64,000 nucleotides of DNA from an uncultured Chloroflexia bacterium. GTDB taxonomy: Bacteria; Chloroflexota; Limnocylindria; Limnocylindrales; CSP1-4. Under the pieces are notes generated by a model, which worked only from the letters and a program-made list of their open reading frames with translations, was not told the origin of the DNA and searched no databases. Both the position numbers and the translations under genes were made by a program. The stretch is taken from contig CAVVJT010000002.1 in NCBI GenBank assembly GCA_963748625.1, positions 217,642 through 281,641 on the forward strand, given 5' to 3'. This document shows positions 20,431-30,458 of this stretch, piece after piece (within the stretch, counting starts at the first letter, position 1; each line of letters starts with the position of its first letter).

Positions 20431-20485
20431 CGGCCCGTTGCGGCCCATGGAGCAGGTCTCCGGAGCAAGGCCTGGCGCGGGGCCG

Positions 20486-21433
20486 TCAGCCCTCGAGGCC
20501 GGCCTGCACCTGCGGTGGTCGCCCCGGGTGGCGCGCGGCGTCCGCCCGGGTGACGCCGACCCCCGCGATCACCACCAGGACTGTGCCCACCAGGCCCAGC
20601 GTCGTCGGGACCTGCCCCAGGAACAGGAAGCCGATCATCGCGCCGGTGGCCGGCTGGAGGGCGGCGATCGTGCCGAAGGTGGACGTGGCGATCCGTCGCA
20701 GCGCCAGCATGTCCAGCGAGAAGGAGACGACAACGACCAGCACGGCGGCGACGGCGGCCGTGGCGAGCACCTCCCACGTGATGTGGCCCGCGGCCTCCGG
20801 GATCCCCACGACGCCCGCGACCACCGCCGCGACCGGCAGCATGACCGAGAGTCCCTTGACCCCCGTGAACCTGCCACCCACGCGGGCGCTCAGGACGATG
20901 TAGAGCGCCCAGCAGACGGCGTTGCCGATGCCCATGGCCACGCCCACCACGTCCACGGAGCCCGTCCAGGGCTCGGTGAGGGCCAGCACGCCCAGGATCG
21001 CCAGCACCGGCCAGAGCAGGTCGCGGACGGACCGCGTGCCCAGGATGCCGAGCGCGAGGGGGCCCATGAACCCCAGCGCGACCGCCGTCCCGAAGGGTAG
21101 CCGTTGGGCAGACGCCAGGAACGTGAGCGTCATCGCCCCGGTGGTGGCGCCGAGCGCGACCGCCGCCCCAAGCTGGTGCCGGTCCATCCCGCGCGGGTTG
21201 GGGCGGTAGATGGCCAGGAGGATGAGCGCGCCGATCGACAGGCGCAGCCACGAGGTTCCGGCAGATCCGATGGCGGGGATGAGGCCCACGGAGATAGCCG
21301 AGCCCGCGTGCCAGACGAGCATCGCCGTCACCGCGAGCGTCCAGGCGGGCACGTGGTCCGTGAGACGGACGACGATCGCGCCGCCCGCCGCGGGCCGCGT
21401 CAACCCGTCAGCCGTGGATCGACTGAGGCGCAT
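20486..21433 (-). CDS. EamA/RhtA-like DMT exporter
   Basis: Ten TM helices; 'RLPFGTAVAL.F.GPL', 'LQPA.GA.IG..FLGQ'. Confidence 0.88.
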   Translation of the reverse strand: MRLSRSTADGLTRPAAGGAIVVRLTDHVPAWTLAVTAMLVWHAGSAISVGLIPAIGSAGTSWLRLSIGALILLAIYRPNPRGMDRHQLGAAVALGATTGAMTLTFLASAQRLPFGTAVALGFMGPLALGILGTRSVRDLLWPVLAILGVLALTEPWTGSVDVVGVAMGIGNAVCWALYIVLSARVGGRFTGVKGLSVMLPVAAVVAGVVGIPEAAGHITWEVLATAAVAAVLVVVVSFSLDMLALRRIATSTFGTIAALQPATGAMIGFLFLGQVPTTLGLVGTVLVVIAGVGVTRADAARHPGRPPQVQAGLEG

Positions 21434-21551
21434 GGTTGATCACCGGCGACAGATACCTGTCGGACCACGCGGCGTCAAGGCTGGACGCGGCCCAGGCAAC
21501 GCGATGCAGCCGGCCCGGCGCGGTGGAGCGCTGCGGCCGGAGCCGCCACGG

Positions 21552-21944
21552 TCACCCGATCCGCTCGATCCCGTCCACCGCGTCGAACCCTCGATCGAAG
21601 CTCATGATCCGCTTGAGGCCGCGCCGGCGCATCACCGCCACGTGGACCGCGTCCCGGGCCGAGAGCGCGGTGACCGCCACGATCCGCCGGGCACGGTCCA
21701 CGTCCTCGCGCTCAATGGGGTAGACCTCGTCCACCACGGCGAGCAGCGCATCGGTTGCGGGTCCGATCGCGTCCCGCCGGTTGATGGCCACGTAGCGGTG
21801 GAGGATCTCCTGGAGCACCTCCGCGTCGGTCACAAGCGGCTCGCCCTCCGCGATCGCAAGCTGGAGCGCCGCGACGGCCCGCTCCTTGTTGGGGTGCTCG
21901 GCCCCCACGAGGTACATGGGGATGTTCGAGTCCACCAGGATCAC
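21552..21944 (-). CDS. vapC: VapC/PIN toxin
   Basis: '[27 protein letters not shown]'. Confidence 0.92.
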   Translation of the reverse strand: MILVDSNIPMYLVGAEHPNKERAVAALQLAIAEGEPLVTDAEVLQEILHRYVAINRRDAIGPATDALLAVVDEVYPIEREDVDRARRIVAVTALSARDAVHVAVMRRRGLKRIMSFDRGFDAVDGIERIG

Positions 21945-22198
21945 GATGGCCCCTCGTCGCCGTAGCCGCGCTCGATCTCCGCCAGCATCGGGTCGATGTC
22001 GGCGACCGGATAGGCGAAGGCGCTCGCCTCGCGGACGGCCCGCAGCTTGCGCACGGCTTCCGGGTACACGGTCTCCTCCCGGGCGCGGCGCAGCGCGTCA
22101 CGGACCCAGGCCGCCGTGGTCTGGTGGCGCTTGCGGGCGAGCTCCTGGATCGCCTCGAGCTCGTCGTCGTCCAGCAGGACCTGGAGTCGTTTGGTCAT
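21941..22198 (-). CDS. Ribbon-helix-helix antitoxin (VapB-like)
   Basis: '[20 protein letters not shown]'; overlaps vapC start. Confidence 0.85.
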   Translation of the reverse strand: MTKRLQVLLDDDELEAIQELARKRHQTTAAWVRDALRRAREETVYPEAVRKLRAVREASAFAYPVADIDPMLAEIERGYGDEGPS

Positions 22199-22213
22199 AA
22201 CAATGAGGGTACA

Positions 22214-22233
22214 TGACTCATGCACCTGAGTCA
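22214..22233. promoter_or_regulatory. Probable TA autorepression operator
   Basis: TGACTCA-N6-TGAGTCA immediately upstream of the antitoxin -10 (TACCCT). Confidence 0.6.
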
Positions 22234-22276
22234 CTCGCTGCATTGTGCGGGTGCTCGCCCGGAGGATCAGCCGGCC

Positions 22277-23653
22277 TCAGCGGATGCCGGCATCCTCCAG
22301 CACGATCTGGCCCTCGTCGCGGAGGACCTGCGCCCGTGCCCGCATGGCCTCCAGGATCCGCCGGAGCATGGCCGGGTGCTCCAGGATCGGCCGGAGGTCC
22401 TCGTAGGACTGCGCGAGGCGGTTGAGACGCTGGGCAAGGACCCGTACCCGGACGGCCGCGGCCTCGTACCGGTCGATGGCCTCCCGGCTCTCCAGCACAT
22501 CCAGCGTGGTCCCGGCCACTGCCCCCGCCGCCCCGAGTGCACTACCCGCGCGTGTCAGCCGGGACCCCTGCTGCGCCACCTGCTCGACCGCCGCGCCTGC
22601 CGTCGAGGCACCCCCGGCCCCGAAGTCGAGTGCATCCGGGCCCGTTGGCCCGAGGGCGGCATCGAGCGTGAGGCCGACCACCGCGGACCCCACGGCGATC
22701 GCCAGGCCGGCGGGCGGGAACATCGCGGTGAGGATGATGCCGGCCGCCGTGAGCGCCACGCCGATCCCCGCCTGGGCGAACGCCTCCATCATCTCGTCGC
22801 CGGCGGCGATGCGCTGGAGCGTCTGGAGCTCGGCCTGGCACGCCGCGAGCTCGTCGCGGACGCGTCGCGCCTGCGCGAGCCGTGCCTCGCCGACCCGCGC
22901 GAGCAGCTCGAGGATCCCTGATGCGACCACCGCGCTCCACGCGTCGCACACGTCGGCGAGCGTCGATGCCCGGTCCTCCAACTGCTCGAGTGCGCCCTGC
23001 GGGTCCGCCGTGAGCCCGGGCGCCTCACCACCGGCGCCGAGGCTCGCAACCCCCTCGTCGATAGCGTTGCGGATCGCCACGACCTCCTCGATGAGTGTCT
23101 CCATCCGCTCGCGGTACGGCGACGAGAGGGCGTGCGATTGCTCCTCTGCAGTCACGCATGCCTCGTCGGCATCGGTGATCGCGGCATCGGCCCACTCGTT
23201 GAACCCGGCGAACGTCGCGTCGTCCACGCGCTCCTCCGGGGAGCGGGTGTCGTCCGCTGCGGGCGCCTCGCTGCCCTCGGCCTCCGGCTCGCTACCCTCG
23301 ACTTGGCCCTCGTCGTCTTCGCCCTCGCGCTGCACGGACGGCTGCATCGCGGGTCCGTGCGGCCGGCCACGGCCCGCCTGGGACGGGGCGAGCAGCGCGG
23401 CGACGGCCCGGTTGCCGGCCAGGCCACCGAGCGCCAGCACCTGGCCTGAGCGGAGGGTTGGCGGCGGCGACCCGGCCACAGCAGGGTGCGAGCCCGGTCG
23501 CAGCCAATCGGCGGCTGCCTCGCTCGCCGCTGGCGTGTTCCCGGCCACGACGTCCCGGGGCGCAGCGCGGTCCGGCCGCGCGGGTGCCGGTGCGGTCACG
23601 GTGATGGGTCGGGCGTCGGGCACGGCATCTCCGGAGGGACGCCGAGCCATCAT
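22277..23653 (-). CDS. Hypothetical protein with eCIS-effector-like leader and a helical body containing a hydrophobic hairpin
   Basis: 'VLAL..LAGNRAVAALL..VQRE' leader; coiled coils flanking a ~40-aa hydrophobic segment. Confidence 0.65.
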   Translation of the reverse strand: MMARRPSGDAVPDARPITVTAPAPARPDRAAPRDVVAGNTPAASEAAADWLRPGSHPAVAGSPPPTLRSGQVLALGGLAGNRAVAALLAPSQAGRGRPHGPAMQPSVQREGEDDEGQVEGSEPEAEGSEAPAADDTRSPEERVDDATFAGFNEWADAAITDADEACVTAEEQSHALSSPYRERMETLIEEVVAIRNAIDEGVASLGAGGEAPGLTADPQGALEQLEDRASTLADVCDAWSAVVASGILELLARVGEARLAQARRVRDELAACQAELQTLQRIAAGDEMMEAFAQAGIGVALTAAGIILTAMFPPAGLAIAVGSAVVGLTLDAALGPTGPDALDFGAGGASTAGAAVEQVAQQGSRLTRAGSALGAAGAVAGTTLDVLESREAIDRYEAAAVRVRVLAQRLNRLAQSYEDLRPILEHPAMLRRILEAMRARAQVLRDEGQIVLEDAGIR

Positions 23654-23764
23654 CCGAGCCCGGAGCGTTGGACTCCAGTCCTACCGGTCCTGACGGCAGG
23701 GCAGCTGCGCCTGCCCGAATGGGCACGATCCGGAGACGCGGCCACCGGCGCCGCCGAGTCGGGG

Positions 23765-24610
23765 TCAGGGCTCGCCGATCGTGCCCTCGATGAGGTATGC
23801 CCACATCGCGCGTCGGGCGCGGTCGACGTCGTCCACGGGCGCATGCCCGAACGCGCTCGGCGACGAAACGAGGATCGCGCCCGGGATGCGGGCCGCCACC
23901 CACTCGGCGTGATTCGGCGGGGTGACCGTGTCGCGCGGGTTGGACCAGATCGCGGCCGGAACGCCGATCCCGCCGATGTCGAAACCCCACGGCGCCTCGA
24001 GCGCGATCTCGTCGTCGACCCATCCGCCAACTCCCTGTCGTGTCGGCTCCAGCATCGCCTCGCGCATCGGGTCGTCGTCCGCGATGCCGGCGCAGGACTC
24101 CACGTCGAGCTGCTCGAAATACGGGGTCACGACCTCGACACCGGCGCGCACGACGCCGGTGTACTCGCGCGTCCCGGGATCCTGCAGGCGCTCCCACTCG
24201 TCCAGGCCGACCTCATCGAGCGGTGCCACGACCCCGTCGACGAGGATGCGCGTGACGCGGTCCGCCAGCCGCGCCGCAACGGCGAAGCTGTAGACCGATC
24301 CGGCTGACCCTCCCGTGACCGCGAACCGCCCGATGCCGAGGGCGTCCGCGATGCGGGCCACGTCGCCCACACGGTCGAGGGCGCGGTAGCCAGGCTCCCG
24401 GTCCGATCGCCCGTATCCGGGCCTGTCGTACGTGATGAGCCGCCCGCCGAACTCGCCGACGACGTCCAGCGTCGCCCGTGAGACACCGAGTCTCGATCCT
24501 GGTGCGCCGTGCAGCAGGAACACGGGATGGCCCTCGGTAGGCCCCCAGTCGGCATAGCAGAGCCTGCGACCCGAGGGCAGCTCCAGGAACACGGTGGTGG
24601 GAGTGGTCAT
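23765..24610 (-). CDS. Alpha/beta hydrolase
   Basis: 'HGAPGSR', 'YDRPGYG.S', GGSAG elbow. Confidence 0.9.
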   Translation of the reverse strand: MTTPTTVFLELPSGRRLCYADWGPTEGHPVFLLHGAPGSRLGVSRATLDVVGEFGGRLITYDRPGYGRSDREPGYRALDRVGDVARIADALGIGRFAVTGGSAGSVYSFAVAARLADRVTRILVDGVVAPLDEVGLDEWERLQDPGTREYTGVVRAGVEVVTPYFEQLDVESCAGIADDDPMREAMLEPTRQGVGGWVDDEIALEAPWGFDIGGIGVPAAIWSNPRDTVTPPNHAEWVAARIPGAILVSSPSAFGHAPVDDVDRARRAMWAYLIEGTIGEP

Positions 24611-24659
24611 GGCCCGGGAGTGTGGCACACGGCGCGCGGCTTGCACCGGTCAAGGCGGG

Positions 24660-25083
24660 CCTCGGAATCGAGAGACCCGCCTCGCGCGAGGCGGATCTCG
24701 TGCGCGGGGCTGGCGTCGAGCCGCCAACCCGGTCGATCAGGCGCGGTTCGCGAACCAGATGGTCGGGGCACCGACGACGCCGGCCGAGTGCATCGCCTCG
24801 CGCAGCTCGCTGCTCCCGGCGAAGGCCTGGGCCGCCTCGAGGGTCGCGAACTCGTGGGTGACGGTGATGTCGCTCGGGTTGTCCACGGCCTGGTAGACGG
24901 CGTCCTCCTGGACACCCAGGGCCAGGGCTGTCGGCTGGAAGCCGTCGTAGACCTGTCGCCAGGCCGCGTAGTCGGATGTCGTGTGCCGAACGAACAGGGT
25001 CGCCATGGCTCTCGCCTCCTGCGGTCTTGCCGGGCTCGGACGAAGCCCGGTGGCCGTTGACAGGATCCTGCCACAGCAGTATC
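24660..25083. repeat. 424-bp direct repeat, copy 2
   Basis: Near-identical to 8527-8950. Confidence 0.95.
24737..25006 (-). CDS. Small ABM/cyclase-like protein, copy 2
   Basis: 88 of 89 aa identical to 8604-8873. Confidence 0.8.
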   Translation of the reverse strand: MATLFVRHTTSDYAAWRQVYDGFQPTALALGVQEDAVYQAVDNPSDITVTHEFATLEAAQAFAGSSELREAMHSAGVVGAPTIWFANRA

Positions 25084-25212
25084 AGCGGCCTGCGCTCGAA
25101 CGAGGTGGCGCGCATGGTGGGCTTCGCCGATCCGCTCTACTTCTCGTGGGTCTTCCGCGCGACCTGCGGCGTGCCTCCCAGCCAGTACGCGACGGGCCAG
25201 GTGCGGCCGTAG
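25084..25212 (+). pseudogene. C-terminal fragment of an AraC regulator
   Basis: 'NEVARMVGFADPLYFSWVFRATCGVPPSQY' is the AraC second HTH; truncated at the repeat edge. Confidence 0.8.
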
Positions 25213-25242
25213 CCGGGGCGTCGCGCAGGGACGCCCGTGAAT

Positions 25243-25276
25243 CGGGAAGTCCTCCTCGCCTGAGGAGGACTTCCCG
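25243..25276 (-). terminator. Hairpin of the tRNA-Thr terminator family
   Basis: CGGGAAGTCCTCCTC-GCCT-GAGGAGGACTTCCCG. Confidence 0.75.
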
Positions 25277-25298
25277 CTTGGCGACGTTCGAGCCCGTG

Positions 25299-25691
25299 TC
25301 AGATCGTCGCCGTGGCGCGGCACACCTCGCCCGTCGCCACATTGACGGCCCGCACAACGATGTGGTCGTGCGTGGGGCCGTTGGCGGTCAGGCGGGTCAC
25401 GGCGAAGGAGTCACGCTGCGCCCTGATCGTCGCCTTCCCGTGCGCGAACTTGGAGCCGTCGTTCCTCATCGTCCACGTCCAGGTTGCCCCACTGCGGCTG
25501 TGGTCGACCTCGAACTCGACCTCCACGCGCCCGTCCTCGTGGTAGACCTCGATCTCCCAATCGGAGGCACTGCTGCAGTGGCCCGTACGGACCCCGGCGA
25601 GCGCAGTGGTCGGGGCTGCGAGCATGACGAAGACCATGAGCACGGCGCCGGGAGCGATCATGCGGCGGGGGAGTCTGCGAAGGCTGGTCAT
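25299..25691 (-). CDS. Small secreted beta-rich protein
   Basis: Signal peptide, Cys pair, 'EDGRVEVEFEVD'. Confidence 0.75.
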   Translation of the reverse strand: MTSLRRLPRRMIAPGAVLMVFVMLAAPTTALAGVRTGHCSSASDWEIEVYHEDGRVEVEFEVDHSRSGATWTWTMRNDGSKFAHGKATIRAQRDSFAVTRLTANGPTHDHIVVRAVNVATGEVCRATATI

Positions 25692-25845
25692 CGTTGTTTC
25701 TCCGTTTCGGGGCTGCAATCCGCGTGCCGCTCACGAACTCGGTCGGGGCCGCGGCGAGAGTCCCAACCGGGCATCGCCGCCGCTCAAGGGCCTTGGGGAT
25801 GGCCCCGGAATGCAGCTCGCGATGCCCGGCGTCTGGGTGGTCTGT

Positions 25846-26355
25846 CTAGTCCACGGAGTCCACGGAGTCCACGGAGGCCACCGAGGCCACCGAGGCCACC
25901 GAGGCCACCGATGCCACCGATGCCACCGATGCCACGCTGTCGTCGCAGGTTGCACAGTCATCGGTGTGGGCGGCGGGAGCCGACTTCGGATGTGCGTTCT
26001 TGTCGGCCTTTGAGTGTGCGGTCTTGTCGGCCTTCGGGGTTGCGACAGGGGCCGATTTCGGGCTGGCGGTCGGGGCGGACGTCGGGGTTGCGGTCGGCGC
26101 CTCTGCGGTCGCGGTCGGCATCTCCACCGTGACCACGTCGTGCGACGCCAGGTCGAGGATGTGCGCCGGGGGCGCGGAGGTCCGGCTGGCGACGAAGCTC
26201 ATGCCTGCAGCCGCCGGGGCGGCCTGGCTGTGCGCGAGCTCCACCGTGGTGATGGCGCGGTCGACGCCGGACGCCGAGACGAGCGAGAACCCGCCGACGG
26301 TCATGCCGGCTGCGAGGCCGACGGCGCCGGCGACTCTCCAATCGAGGTGCGGCAT
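25846..26355 (-). CDS. Exported low-complexity protein with (SVA/SVD)n tail
   Basis: AAGGAG RBS, signal-like N-terminus, ten 9-bp tandem units at 25849-25938. Confidence 0.65.
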   Translation of the reverse strand: MPHLDWRVAGAVGLAAGMTVGGFSLVSASGVDRAITTVELAHSQAAPAAAGMSFVASRTSAPPAHILDLASHDVVTVEMPTATAEAPTATPTSAPTASPKSAPVATPKADKTAHSKADKNAHPKSAPAAHTDDCATCDDSVASVASVASVASVASVASVASVDSVDSVD

Positions 26356-26497
26356 GTGCGTCTCCTTCATGTGGGATCGAATGGTGCCCGGCGGGATCAC
26401 CGGGATGGCACCATCGTCTGGCCCCGGGCTGATGGCCGGGTGAACGGACGGTGAGAACCCTCTCAGGATCTCAGCGGACCGGCGCCAGACCTCGCGC

Positions 26498-26974
26498 TCA
26501 GGCGGCGCTCAATCCCGGCTCCTCCGGCTCCTCGGTCTCCTCCGGCTCCTCGGTCTCCTCCGGCTCCTCGGTCTCCTCCGGCTCCTCCGGCTCCTCCGGC
26601 TCCTCGGTCTCCTCGGCGTCCTTGGGTGTCGGGTGGGGCGTGACGCGCGGGGCCGCGGTGTGGCGCTCCAGCACGACCGGTGGCGAGACCACGGTCGGGG
26701 ACAGCGCCGGCGCCGGTGCGGGGTCCTGGGAAGGAAGCTCACCGCCCGTGGCCACGGCCCCTCCCGACGTCAAGGGTTCCGGGTCCCCCGACGTCACGGG
26801 CCCCGGGGCCGTCGGATAGGAGGGTTGGGTCGTGGGGGTGGCCACACGCACGCGGAGCTCGATCTGCTCCACCGGGATGGGGTCGCCCGACGGCGGCAGC
26901 AGGGTCAGGCCGCAGACCGCCAACCCGACGACGAAGCCGGCCAGTGCGGCGACCCCGCCACTCGGGCCATGCAT
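26498..26974 (-). CDS. Membrane-anchored protein with (EEP/EET)n tail
   Basis: N-terminal TM helix; 9-bp tandem repeats at ~26516-26615. Confidence 0.6.
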   Translation of the reverse strand: MHGPSGGVAALAGFVVGLAVCGLTLLPPSGDPIPVEQIELRVRVATPTTQPSYPTAPGPVTSGDPEPLTSGGAVATGGELPSQDPAPAPALSPTVVSPPVVLERHTAAPRVTPHPTPKDAEETEEPEEPEEPEETEEPEETEEPEETEEPEEPGLSAA

Positions 26975-26987
26975 GGCAGCGGCCCCC

Positions 26988-28226
26988 TCAGACGCCGGCC
27001 GCGGTCGCCCAGGCCTCGGCCGACGCGAGCCGTCGGTGGACCTGGCGGCGCCACGCTGGTGCCTGCACCCTGAACGGACCGGTCGCCATGCCCACGAGCG
27101 CGGCGGCCGTCGTACGGCGGAGCTCGGCGGGGTCCACCGCACGCTCGAAGTCGGGCTCGATGCGGGCACGCCAGCGGTCGATCGCTGCCCGCCGCCGCGG
27201 CACGGCGTCGCCGAGCGCCACGAGGTGCCCCAGCATCGTGGCCAGGTCGTGGACGCGTCGGCCCGGACCGGCGCCGTCGACATCGAGCATGCCCAGGACC
27301 CGGCTGCCGTCGACCAGCAGTTGCGCCTCGTGCAGGTCGCCGTGGGTCGTGACGACCGGGCCGGTGCCGCTTGGCTCGCCGATGCGCTCGACGAGCGCCT
27401 CGAGTCGATCTCGCGCCTCTGGCATGACGGCCGTGAGCAGCCCGGCATGTCCGGAGACGCGCGCCAGGGGACCCCGGGAGGCCCGGCCCGCAGCCCCTCC
27501 AATCCCTGTGCCCAGCGGCGGGAGCCGGTCGAGGAGCTCCAGGATGGCCCCGCCGCCCGGGAGATCGTCCATGGCGCCCTGGTCGCCGCTCAGCAGCACG
27601 TCCCGAATCGTATGACCTCTGATCGCCGCCAGGACGACGGTGCCCGCCTCGGGCCACGATTCGACGACCTCCGGGACTGGAACACAGCCGTCGAGGGCGG
27701 CCATCCTCGCGAGCAGAGCACGGAGCTCGCCCGGCGGGACGATCTTGAGATAGCGCTCGAACCCCGCCGCATCTCCGTCGTGCCCTGCGACCCGTACGCG
27801 CACGACGGCACGACGCCCGGGGCGGTACGTCCGGACGTCGAGCCGCACGCACTCGGCTGGAACGCCAAGACGCGCGGCCATGCTCGAGGTTGAGACGGCG
27901 GACCGAAGGCCGGGCAGCGCCGGATCCTCGGGGTAGCGCAGCAAGCCCACGGCGAGGTCGCCGGCGCTGACGACCAGCGTGCCCGCGGCCGGACCATCCA
28001 CATCGACAATGGCGACGAGCGTCTCTGGGACCGGAGGCCCGCCCGCCCACCGCACCGTTGCCGCATAGCGCACCACCGCCCGCCGGCCCGGCTTGTAGAG
28101 GACCTCGCGCCGATGGAGGGTCGCGAGCTCGCCGCCGGCGGCACGGACGCCCGCGCCGACGACGCCCCGCGCACCGCTCCCGAGAAGGACCGCGAGCGCC
28201 GGCAGGAGCTCGTCATGGATGGCCAT
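26988..28226 (-). CDS. APH/choline kinase-like phosphotransferase
   Basis: 'YLKI', 'HGDLHEAQ', 'LDVD', 'DLA'. Confidence 0.85.
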   Translation of the reverse strand: MAIHDELLPALAVLLGSGARGVVGAGVRAAGGELATLHRREVLYKPGRRAVVRYAATVRWAGGPPVPETLVAIVDVDGPAAGTLVVSAGDLAVGLLRYPEDPALPGLRSAVSTSSMAARLGVPAECVRLDVRTYRPGRRAVVRVRVAGHDGDAAGFERYLKIVPPGELRALLARMAALDGCVPVPEVVESWPEAGTVVLAAIRGHTIRDVLLSGDQGAMDDLPGGGAILELLDRLPPLGTGIGGAAGRASRGPLARVSGHAGLLTAVMPEARDRLEALVERIGEPSGTGPVVTTHGDLHEAQLLVDGSRVLGMLDVDGAGPGRRVHDLATMLGHLVALGDAVPRRRAAIDRWRARIEPDFERAVDPAELRRTTAAALVGMATGPFRVQAPAWRRQVHRRLASAEAWATAAGV

Positions 28227-28282
28227 GCTGCCATCTCAACAGGCCGAGGTTAACCGGGGATGAGACGGGGTGGAGAACTCCG

Positions 28283-28954
28283 TCAGGTCTCGTCGAGGGT
28301 GCGGAACCGGTAGCCCATGCCGCGGATCGTCTCGATGGACGCGGCGCCGAGCTTGCGGCGGAGGTAGCGGATGTAGACCTCCACCACGTTCGACTCGGGT
28401 TCGAAGTCGTAGCCCCACACATGGCTGAGGAGCTGCTCCCGACTCAGGACCTGGTCCGGGTGACGCAGGAAGACCTCGGCGAGCGCGAACTCCCGCGCGG
28501 TGAGCTCGACCCACCGTCCTTCGACCTTCGCCCGGCGCGTGCGGAGGTCAAGCGAGACGCCGCCTGCGCGGAGGACGGTCGCCTCGCCTGCGACGTCGTC
28601 GTGCAGCCGCGCCCGGATCCTCGCCAGCAGCTCCTCGAACCGGAATGGCTTCGTCACGTAGTCATCGGCGCCGCCCTCAAACCCGGCCACCGTGTCGGCC
28701 ACACCGTCGCGTGCCGTGAGAATGATGACCGGCAGCCGGTCGCCGCGTGCCCGGACGCGACGAAGGACCTCGCGACCGTCGAGCTCCGGCAGGCCCAGGT
28801 CGAGGATGAGCAGGTCGAAGTCCGCATCGCGCGCCATCTCCGCCGCGGACACCCCGTCGGACACGGCCGTCGTCGAGAAGCCGGCGGCCCGCAGGCCCTT
28901 CTGGAGGAACGTGACGATGTGCGCCTCGTCCTCGGCGATGAGGATGCGGGTCAC
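28283..28954 (-). CDS. OmpR-family response regulator
   Basis: Canonical receiver (EDE, DLGLP, KPF) and winged HTH. Confidence 0.95.
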   Translation of the reverse strand: MTRILIAEDEAHIVTFLQKGLRAAGFSTTAVSDGVSAAEMARDADFDLLILDLGLPELDGREVLRRVRARGDRLPVIILTARDGVADTVAGFEGGADDYVTKPFRFEELLARIRARLHDDVAGEATVLRAGGVSLDLRTRRAKVEGRWVELTAREFALAEVFLRHPDQVLSREQLLSHVWGYDFEPESNVVEVYIRYLRRKLGAASIETIRGMGYRFRTLDET

Positions 28955-28985
28955 GGCAGGGCCTCCGTCGGCTGTTCGGTGCGGG

Positions 28986-30458
28986 TCATTGCAGCATGTT
29001 GTCCGTCAGGGGGTCGATGGGGATCACGAGACTGAACGTGGAGCCCTCGCCGAGGACGCTCTCGAGATCGGTCCTGCCGCCGTGGGCGACGGCCACCGCG
29101 TCGACAATGGCGAGTCCCAGTCCCGTCCCCTCGCTGGCGCTCGTCAGCCGGTCACGGCCACGGGCAAACCGGCCAAAGATCCGTTGCTGCTCCTCGGGCG
29201 CGATCCCGGTTCCTTCGTCGCGGACCCACAGGCGGGCATTCGGGCCCTCGACGACCGCACCGAGCTCGATGACAGCGCCAGGGGGAGTGTGGCGGACGGC
29301 GTTGGTTGCGAGGTTGACGATCGCCTGACCCAAGCGGTCGGCATCGGCGAAGACGACCGCCGGCCGGGTGGGTGCGACCTTCCAGTCGCGATCGCCGAGC
29401 GGACGGACCCGCGCCGCCAGCGTCTCAACGAGCTCGGCCAGCTCGACCGGGCCACGACGGAGGAAGTCGGGCTGCTCGGCGCGGGCGATGAGCAGCAGGT
29501 CCGCAACATAGCGGCTCATGCTGTCCAGCTCGTCGAGCACCAGCGCCACGGTCTGCCGCCGCTCGTCGGGGTCATCGTCCAGCAGCTCGAGGTGGCCGCG
29601 GATGATCGTGAGCGGCGTCCGCAGCTCGTGACCGACGTCGTTGAGGAACTCCCGTTGCTCCGCGAACACCGTCTCGAGGCGCTCGAGCATCGAGTTGAGG
29701 GTCGCGGTCAGCTCGGCGACCTCATCGCTGCCTTCGACCTCGATGCGTGCGCCGAGATCGCGCCCGCCGATCTCGCGGGCGGTCGTGGTCAGGCGGCGGA
29801 GCGGCGCGATCGCGCGGCCGGCAGCACCCCAGGCGAGGGCGGTTGCGAGCAGGATGACGGCCGACGACACCGCCAGCATCACCTGCACCGTCTGGTCGAT
29901 CTGCGCACGGCGCTCGGCTTCGTAGAAGGCCGCCGCGAAGACGCCCGCCCGGCGGTCGCCGGCGTCGAGCGGGACGGCCAGCCAGCGCACCGGTCCGGCA
30001 TCGGAGTCCGCGCGTCCCCACGTGGGGACCGACGCACCCTGCCAGGCAGCGAGCGTGGCCGGGTCGTCGAAGAGGGACACGGGAGCCACGGTCCGCTTGT
30101 ACGGCAGCCCGTCGACGATCGCGTAGAGCGCCTCGTACTCGTTGGGAACGCTCCGCTCGAAGAAGTTGTCGAAGATCGCCGCGGTGTCGTCTCCGAACGG
30201 CTCGCCGGTGGCCGGATCGACGCTGTCGGCGAGGCGCCGGACCTCTTCGACCTCTTGCGCCAGTGCCTTGTCGACGTCCGTGGCCAGCTGCGCGGTGAGG
30301 ATCTGGCGCAGCCCGACGATCGTGAGGGCGATCGAGACCATGAGCAGGACGACGTACCACGCGAGGATGCGGGTCCGGATTCCCCCGGGCAGCGCCGGCC
30401 ATCGCGAATGCTGCGCGCTCACCGTGGCTCCTGGCGACGCGCCGGCGGTGGTCCCCAT
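28986..30458 (-). CDS. HAMP sensor histidine kinase
   Basis: Two TM helices, HELRTP, NAVRH, DEGTG, GTGLGL. Confidence 0.93.
   Translation of the reverse strand: MGTTAGASPGATVSAQHSRWPALPGGIRTRILAWYVVLLMVSIALTIVGLRQILTAQLATDVDKALAQEVEEVRRLADSVDPATGEPFGDDTAAIFDNFFERSVPNEYEALYAIVDGLPYKRTVAPVSLFDDPATLAAWQGASVPTWGRADSDAGPVRWLAVPLDAGDRRAGVFAAAFYEAERRAQIDQTVQVMLAVSSAVILLATALAWGAAGRAIAPLRRLTTTAREIGGRDLGARIEVEGSDEVAELTATLNSMLERLETVFAEQREFLNDVGHELRTPLTIIRGHLELLDDDPDERRQTVALVLDELDSMSRYVADLLLIARAEQPDFLRRGPVELAELVETLAARVRPLGDRDWKVAPTRPAVVFADADRLGQAIVNLATNAVRHTPPGAVIELGAVVEGPNARLWVRDEGTGIAPEEQQRIFGRFARGRDRLTSASEGTGLGLAIVDAVAVAHGGRTDLESVLGEGSTFSLVIPIDPLTDNMLQ

Noticed and set aside
8531-25295. Classical integron attC sites
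   Set aside because: No consistent RYYYAAC/GTTRRRY cores and no intI gene.
25849-26615. Tandem 9-bp repeats as CRISPR or iterons
   Set aside because: No spacers or cas genes; they are in-frame low-complexity protein tails.
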